Below the pieces are notes generated by a model that was given only the letters and a program-made list of their open reading frames with translations, did no database searches and was not told the origin of the DNA. 64,000 nucleotides of DNA from Vulcanimicrobiota bacterium (GTDB taxonomy: Bacteria > Vulcanimicrobiota > Vulcanimicrobiia > Vulcanimicrobiales > Vulcanimicrobiaceae), in NCBI GenBank assembly GCA_963723515.1, contig CAVRQT010000003.1, positions 480,001 to 544,000 on the forward strand. The letters are read 5' to 3'. This document shows, one piece after another, positions 58,782 to 64,000 of the stretch (positions are counted from its first letter, which is position 1; every line of letters begins with the position of its first letter). The position numbers were made by a program, and so were the translations under genes.

Positions 58782-59244
58782 GGCTGCTTGCGAGCGCTTT
58801 CAGCGCATCGCATGGGATTGGCTTCAAAGCGGCGAGCTGACGCGAACGAGCCACTTGCTCTCGCCGCTCGAAGAGCTCGGCGGTTTCAATTACGGCTTTA
58901 TTTATTTGATGCGGGTGAACGCGCACGCATTCAAGATCGGGTTTTCATTGCACCCGACCCGCCGCTTGCATGAGCTGATTCCACAATACGGGGAGCAGTT
59001 GCGCCTCGTGACGTGTTTCGTCGGAGAGCCGTTTGCGGAGCGCATCGTGCATCGGCGTTTTAGAAGTTTGCGGCTGCGCAATGAAATTTTCTACGCGCAT
59101 CCGCTGATCGAGCAGTATTTTGCTCAGGCGCGAGTCGAGACGAAGGAACGCTTGCAGGGAGTGCACATCTGCGCGCCCGATTGTTCGCAGTTCAATAAGC
59201 GGCTCGATTTGAGGCTGCTGAAGAGATGGCTCGCGCGCGCTTAG
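58774..59244 (+). CDS. T5orf172/Mug113-type GIY-YIG nuclease-like protein
   Basis: GFIYLM.....FKIGFS.HPTRRL.EL...E..VH..F...R...E.F. Confidence 0.7.
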   Translation: MIEAACERFQRIAWDWLQSGELTRTSHLLSPLEELGGFNYGFIYLMRVNAHAFKIGFSLHPTRRLHELIPQYGEQLRLVTCFVGEPFAERIVHRRFRSLRLRNEIFYAHPLIEQYFAQARVETKERLQGVHICAPDCSQFNKRLDLRLLKRWLARA

Positions 59245-59669
59245 CGGCGCGGCTTGCGCCCAACCACCTCGAGTTTTGTACCGGCCGCGTCTTCGAAGAA
59301 GATCGCGGGATATTCGTCCGGATCTTCGGAGAGCTCGATGTTGCGCGCGCCCATTTCCTGAAGCCGCTTCAACCACTCGTCGAGCTGATCTGGCGCAATA
59401 CGAAAAGCGATCCGCGTGCCGACCGGCTGCATCTGCGGATCTTCAACGAAGTTGATGAAGCACGAGACTCGACCGGCTTGATGCGGCTCACAGTAGTCGA
59501 TAATGTTATAGCGCGTCGCATCCGCTTCGACCCAATTTCCTTCAGAATCAATATACGAATACGTTTTCTCCGTCATGCCGAGCGCCGGCATCAAGCGATC
59601 GTAAAAGGGCTCGACGCTTTTGACGGACTTGACGCGCGTGTCGATATGATCGAAGCCCAAAAACGCCAT
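59241..59669 (-). CDS. VOC/glyoxalase family protein
   Basis: FDHID.RV, FYD, IAF, FFEDAAG.KLEV; AGGAG RBS. Confidence 0.85.
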   Translation of the reverse strand: MAFLGFDHIDTRVKSVKSVEPFYDRLMPALGMTEKTYSYIDSEGNWVEADATRYNIIDYCEPHQAGRVSCFINFVEDPQMQPVGTRIAFRIAPDQLDEWLKRLQEMGARNIELSEDPDEYPAIFFEDAAGTKLEVVGRKPRR

Positions 59670-59689
59670 CGCATTGCTCCTGGTAACCG

Positions 59690-62600
59690 ATGAAAAATTA
59701 CGCCGAACTTCATTGCTGGTCGAATTTTACATTTTTAGAAGGCGGCTCGCATCCCGAAGAATTAGTGCAGCGGGCCGCGGAGATCGGCTTAGCGGCGCTT
59801 GCATTGACGGATCGAGACGGCTTCTATGGTCTCGTTCGCTTTTCGAAGCACGCGAAGATGCTGCAATTTCCGGCAATTTGCGGCGCGGAGATAACATTCG
59901 AATCTGAGAGCCAAGAATCGCATCGCCGTCCACGGCTCGTCTTCTTAGCCGAAGATGAAGCCGGCTACGCGAACCTTGCGGCGCTGGTTTCGGCTTCGCA
60001 GCTGCGCGGAAGCAAAGCGGATGCGCGATTGCGCCTCTCCGATCTCGACGGCCGCACAAAAGGCTTGATCGCGCTCTCTGCGAGCCGCCATGGTCTAGTC
60101 GAGCGCGCGCTCCTAAACGATGATCTTGCGAACGCGAACGCTACCGCGAGAGCACTCAAAGATCTCTTCGGCGACCGCTTTTTTCTCGAACTTCAGCATC
60201 ATTTGCGACCCGAAGATTCGGCGCTGATCCAAATGCAGATCGAGCTCGCGAGGGCGCTCGAGCTGCCGTATGTCGCGACGAACGGCGTCGTTTACGCATA
60301 TAAGGAAGATGCTCGTCTTGCCGACGTTCTCGTCTGCGTCAAACACACGTTGACGCTGGAGCAAGCGCGAGAGCAGCTCCTGTTGCGGCCGAACTCCGAA
60401 TTCTTTTTGAAAGCGCCGGCGTTCATGCAGCGGCTCTTTCGCCCCTATCCAAAGGCGATCTATAATACGCTCGAAATCGCCGAGCGTTGCCAATTTCGTT
60501 TGGATCGCCTCCTCGGACAATTTCCACATTTTCCGATTCCGCCGGAAGAGCGCAGCCGGCAGACGTATCTGCGCAAACTCGTCTATGAAGGCGCGGCTGG
60601 GCGCTATGGCTGTCCACTTGAGAGCAAGGTGGAGCGTCAACTTGAGTACGAGCTCGGCATTATCGCGCGGATGGACTTAGCCGGCTACTTCTTGATCGTT
60701 TGGGATATTGTGCGCGCTGCCAACGAGCTTGGCGTGCTCTGTCAAGGGCGCGGCTCCGCCGCAAATTCCGCGGTCTGTTATGCGCTCGGAATTACGGCGG
60801 TCGATCCGATCGGCGGCAACTTACTCTTCGAGCGTTTTCTCTCGGAAGAGCGCAACGAAATCCCCGATATCGACATCGATTTCGCGCATCAAGATCGTGA
60901 GAAAGTGATTCAATACGTCTACGATCGCTATGGTCGCCAACATGCTGCAATGACGGCGGAAGTGATCACCTACCGGACGCGTTCAGCGATTCGCGACGTC
61001 GGTAAGGCGCTTGGGCTCTCGCTCGCGCAAGTCGATCGACTGGCAGCGGAATTCGATGCGATCGAATCGCTCGACGACCTCGTCGCCCCGAAGCCGTTGC
61101 CTGAGTCCGTTGTGCGGCGCCGCGATTTGGACGCCAGCACGAACCAGCGCGCCTCGCGTCTAGAAGAACCTGAACCAGAGATTCAGCCGCACAAGCGCGC
61201 GGCTTCCGTCTTGGGCGAGCGGCTCTTCGCATTCTGTCGCCGCATCGATGGCTTTCCGCGGCACATGGGGATCCACTCGGGCGGCATGGTCATTACGCGC
61301 GACCCGCTGGTTTGCGTTGCGCCGGTCGAGTGGGCTACGATGCGCGACCGGACGATCGTGCAGTGGGATAAAGACGATCTGCAAGATCTCGGATTGATTA
61401 AGATCGATTTGCTGGGCCTCGGCATGCTCTCGCTCTTGCGGGAAGCGTTCTCGCTCCACGAGCGCTGCGCTAAGCGTCACGCTGAACTCATCAAAGCGCC
61501 ACAACTAGCGCTTCATACGATTCCGGCAGACGATGAGCCCACATACGAAATGATCGGCCGTGCCGATACAATCGGCGTCTTCCAAATCGAGTCGCGCGCG
61601 CAGCAGTCGATGCTGCCGCGAATGCGGCCGAAATGCTTCTATGAGATCGTGATGCAAGTTGCGATTATTCGGCCGGGTCCGATCCAAGGCGATATGATCC
61701 ATCCGTTCTTACGCCGGCGCAACGGTTTGGAGCCGGTCACCTATCCGCATCCGAAGTTGAAGCCGATCCTCGAACGGACGCTCGGCGTGCCGCTCTTTCA
61801 AGAACAAGGCATGCGCATGGCGATTGAAGCCGGAGGCTTCACGCCGGGCCAAGCCGATCAACTGCGCCGGGCGATGGGTCACAAACGTTCGCATCAGCGA
61901 ATGGCCGAGATCTATCCGCATCTGATCAACGGCATGGTGCAAAACGGAATCGACCGTGAAGCAGCGGAGCGGCTCTTTCACATGCTCGAGGGCTTTGCTG
62001 ATTACGGGTTTCCTGAATCACACGCCGCCAGCTTTGCGCTGCTCGCCTATGCGTCGGCGTATGTAAAGTGCCACTTTCCGGCGATCTTCGGCGCGGCAAT
62101 CCTCAACGTGCAGCCGATGGGCTTTTACTCAACCGAAGTGCTCATCAACGATGCAAAGCGTCATGCTGTGGTCGTCAAGCCGGTCGAGGTCAATGCGAGC
62201 GAGTTTTGGAGTTATGTCGATCGTGAAGGCGCGCTCCGGCTCGGATTTCACTTGATTCGTGAATTAGGAGAGGCGCAACGCGCTCAATTGCAAGCCGCCA
62301 TCGCGCAAGGTCCATTCGACGGTATCGCTGACTTCGCGAAGCGAACCCAATTGGGACGCGAAGCGCTGGAAAATTGCGCCGTGGCGGGGGCGTTTTCGCC
62401 CTGGTTCGGTTCGCGTCGCGAAGCGATGTGGGCGTTGCGCGGTTTAGACGAGCGTGAAGCGCGCGGCGAGCTCGGCAAAATCATGGAGGTCGATGAACCG
62501 GCAGCCCGATTCGCAGCACTCACGGAGCGTCAAGAGACGCGCTTCGATCTCTGGGCAACCGGCGTCTCTGCGAAGCGCCAGCCAATCGAACATTTTCGGG

Positions 62601-62941
62601 AGTATCTCGAATCGCATGGCGTGATCCCGGCGGCGCGTCTCGTCGACATGCCGAAAAATCTCGTCTGTAAAGTCGGCGGCATGGTGATTACGCGCCAGCG
62701 CCCCGGAACGGCGAAGGGCTTCGTCTTTCTCACGCTCGAGGATGAAACCGGACTCGTCAACGTTATCGTGCGGCCCGACATCTTCGAACGGAATCGGCGC
62801 GTCGTCCGTCAATCGATGGCGCTCATCATCGAGGGAACCCTTCAGAAAGAGCAAGGCTGCATCGACGTGCTCGCCAAGCGTTTCTGGAGCTTCGACACGG
62901 AGAAACTCTTGGCAGGCATGCGCTCCCGCAATTTTAGATGA
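59690..62941 (+). CDS. dnaE2: Error-prone DNA polymerase DnaE2 (ImuC)
   Basis: YAELHCWSNFTFLEG PHP domain, GRGSAANS, PDIDID, QIESRAQ, YGFPESHAASF, RQRPGTAKG. Confidence 0.96.
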   Translation: MKNYAELHCWSNFTFLEGGSHPEELVQRAAEIGLAALALTDRDGFYGLVRFSKHAKMLQFPAICGAEITFESESQESHRRPRLVFLAEDEAGYANLAALVSASQLRGSKADARLRLSDLDGRTKGLIALSASRHGLVERALLNDDLANANATARALKDLFGDRFFLELQHHLRPEDSALIQMQIELARALELPYVATNGVVYAYKEDARLADVLVCVKHTLTLEQAREQLLLRPNSEFFLKAPAFMQRLFRPYPKAIYNTLEIAERCQFRLDRLLGQFPHFPIPPEERSRQTYLRKLVYEGAAGRYGCPLESKVERQLEYELGIIARMDLAGYFLIVWDIVRAANELGVLCQGRGSAANSAVCYALGITAVDPIGGNLLFERFLSEERNEIPDIDIDFAHQDREKVIQYVYDRYGRQHAAMTAEVITYRTRSAIRDVGKALGLSLAQVDRLAAEFDAIESLDDLVAPKPLPESVVRRRDLDASTNQRASRLEEPEPEIQPHKRAASVLGERLFAFCRRIDGFPRHMGIHSGGMVITRDPLVCVAPVEWATMRDRTIVQWDKDDLQDLGLIKIDLLGLGMLSLLREAFSLHERCAKRHAELIKAPQLALHTIPADDEPTYEMIGRADTIGVFQIESRAQQSMLPRMRPKCFYEIVMQVAIIRPGPIQGDMIHPFLRRRNGLEPVTYPHPKLKPILERTLGVPLFQEQGMRMAIEAGGFTPGQADQLRRAMGHKRSHQRMAEIYPHLINGMVQNGIDREAAERLFHMLEGFADYGFPESHAASFALLAYASAYVKCHFPAIFGAAILNVQPMGFYSTEVLINDAKRHAVVVKPVEVNASEFWSYVDREGALRLGFHLIRELGEAQRAQLQAAIAQGPFDGIADFAKRTQLGREALENCAVAGAFSPWFGSRREAMWALRGLDEREARGELGKIMEVDEPAARFAALTERQETRFDLWATGVSAKRQPIEHFREYLESHGVIPAARLVDMPKNLVCKVGGMVITRQRPGTAKGFVFLTLEDETGLVNVIVRPDIFERNRRVVRQSMALIIEGTLQKEQGCIDVLAKRFWSFDTEKLLAGMRSRNFR

Positions 62942-63001
62942 TGTCGCTTCGGGCGATAGTCGGGTGTCTCGCGACAGTCCGTGTGTCACGCAACAGTCCC
63001 G

Positions 63002-63101
63002 GTGTCACATTGAGCTTGTCGAAATGTGAGCCTGTCGAAATGTGAGCTTGTCGAAATGTGACATTACCTCACGTCATGCTTCGACAGGCTCAGCATGACA
63101 C
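63002..63101. repeat. REP-like element with a triple 16-nt tandem repeat
   Basis: TGAGC(T/C)TGTCGAAATG three times (63011-63058), followed by the inverted copy GTCATGCTTCGACAGGCTCAGCATGACAC. Confidence 0.85.
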
Positions 63102-63130
63102 TTGGGGCGAACGACACCGCGAGACTCCCG

Positions 63131-64000
63131 CTACCAGTTAAAGCGAGCGATCGCGTTCCACTGATCCGGGCTCGTGCCGTCCCAGTCGAAGAAGCATTCA
63201 CCGATTGCGCCGAGCGCTTTGGATTGCTCCAAACTTGCGTAGACTTCGTCTCCCGGCGGTGATCCGCGCGGCCCTTCGGACGACGTTTGACCGCCGACGC
63301 TGATCGGCAAAGTGCGTCCGGCGACTTGCAACGTCGTCGCATACGATCCGGCCAACAAATCTTTCATCTTGTCCACGCTCGTGGAGTTCTTCGAGAGCAT
63401 GCGCCAATAGCTCATCGGTTGCAAGACGTCGCTATATTGCGCGATCGTGCGATATGGATACTTTGTGTTGTCCAGATTTTCCAAATATGGATCTTCGATC
63501 GTCGAGACGATCGTGTATTTTGGCCCAAGCGCCGCACGCAACACTTGGATATATTGCGCCATTGCGATGCAGCCTTCAGGGCAATCGTGCATGAACTCAT
63601 CGCCGCGCTCTAGGTCCAGCACGAGGGCCGCAAATCGTGTTCCACGCGCGGTGCGGTATTCGGCCGTGCGAACGCTTTGCTGCAGATCTTCATACGAAGC
63701 TTGGCGTGGCACGGTCCAGCCGATTGTCGCGATGCCGCGATCGGCGAGCGCGTCAATGATCGCATCGACGCGATCCTTGATCGCCGGCTCGACTTGCCAG
63801 TATGCGCCATAGGCGGTTCTCAACTCGACGTAATGTAATCCCGCGCGGGTCGCTTGATCGGCGATCTGCATAGGATCGAGCGTCGCGATGTAGTGATTGT
63901 CGTACGGGTTGGTTCCGAAGTAGAGCCAGATGCCTTTGCCGGATGCAGCAGTAGCGGATGTTTGCGGCGCTTCAGCATCACTGCGAATCCATTGCGTCCG
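63131..64000 (-). CDS. Hypothetical protein, possibly a glycoside-hydrolase-like TIM barrel; 5' end outside the window
   Basis: The frame is open past 63871 (GKGIWLYF...); VLDLE, DVLQPMSYW and G.CFFDW motifs. Confidence 0.6.
   Translation of the reverse strand, partial: RTQWIRSDAEAPQTSATAASGKGIWLYFGTNPYDNHYIATLDPMQIADQATRAGLHYVELRTAYGAYWQVEPAIKDRVDAIIDALADRGIATIGWTVPRQASYEDLQQSVRTAEYRTARGTRFAALVLDLERGDEFMHDCPEGCIAMAQYIQVLRAALGPKYTIVSTIEDPYLENLDNTKYPYRTIAQYSDVLQPMSYWRMLSKNSTSVDKMKDLLAGSYATTLQVAGRTLPISVGGQTSSEGPRGSPPGDEVYASLEQSKALGAIGECFFDWDGTSPDQWNAIARFNW

Noticed and set aside
63011..63058. Possible mini-CRISPR or iteron array
   Set aside because: Three abutting 16-mers with no spacers, derived from the REP core

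Overview
A GC-rich bacterial chromosome segment of mostly housekeeping genes. The gene order is Terrabacteria/Firmicutes-like: PASTA protein-rpe-thiL/rpmB-fakA-plsX-degV-hemW; yacL-ispD-ispF-(gltX remnant)-cysE-cysS-rlmB-sigH; rpmG-trpT-secE-nusG-rplKA/rplJL; ftsY-recA-recX; purA; and an imuA-imuB-dnaE2 mutagenesis cassette. It has Gram-positive-type LexA boxes. The overall style resembles Ca. Eremiobacterota/Vulcanimicrobiota, which is inference only. There are six tRNA genes, an L10 leader and a REP-like palindromic repeat family; I found no CRISPR array, rRNA or transposase. At least seven genes are split by apparent single-base indels, most likely long-read assembly errors. Most notable oddities: (1) a probable IspD fusion to an EF-G domain V-like fold; (2) a stand-alone GluRS anticodon-binding domain at the gltX position; (3) a PD-(D/E)XK nuclease coupled to a catalytically degenerate HPRT; (4) an integrase-less 1.3 kb islet bounded by a perfect 56-bp direct repeat; (5) a palindromic insertion that duplicates the purA N-terminus; (6) two half-size CHAD genes inside a hydantoinase/oxoprolinase operon; (7) a T5orf172/GIY-YIG-like gene inside the imuAB-dnaE2 cassette; (8) an SOS box upstream of ftsY rather than recA; (9) an HNH gene abutting tRNA-Thr; (10) probable non-AUG starts for ispH and thiL. 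All family assignments come from motif recognition by eye; no database searches were run.
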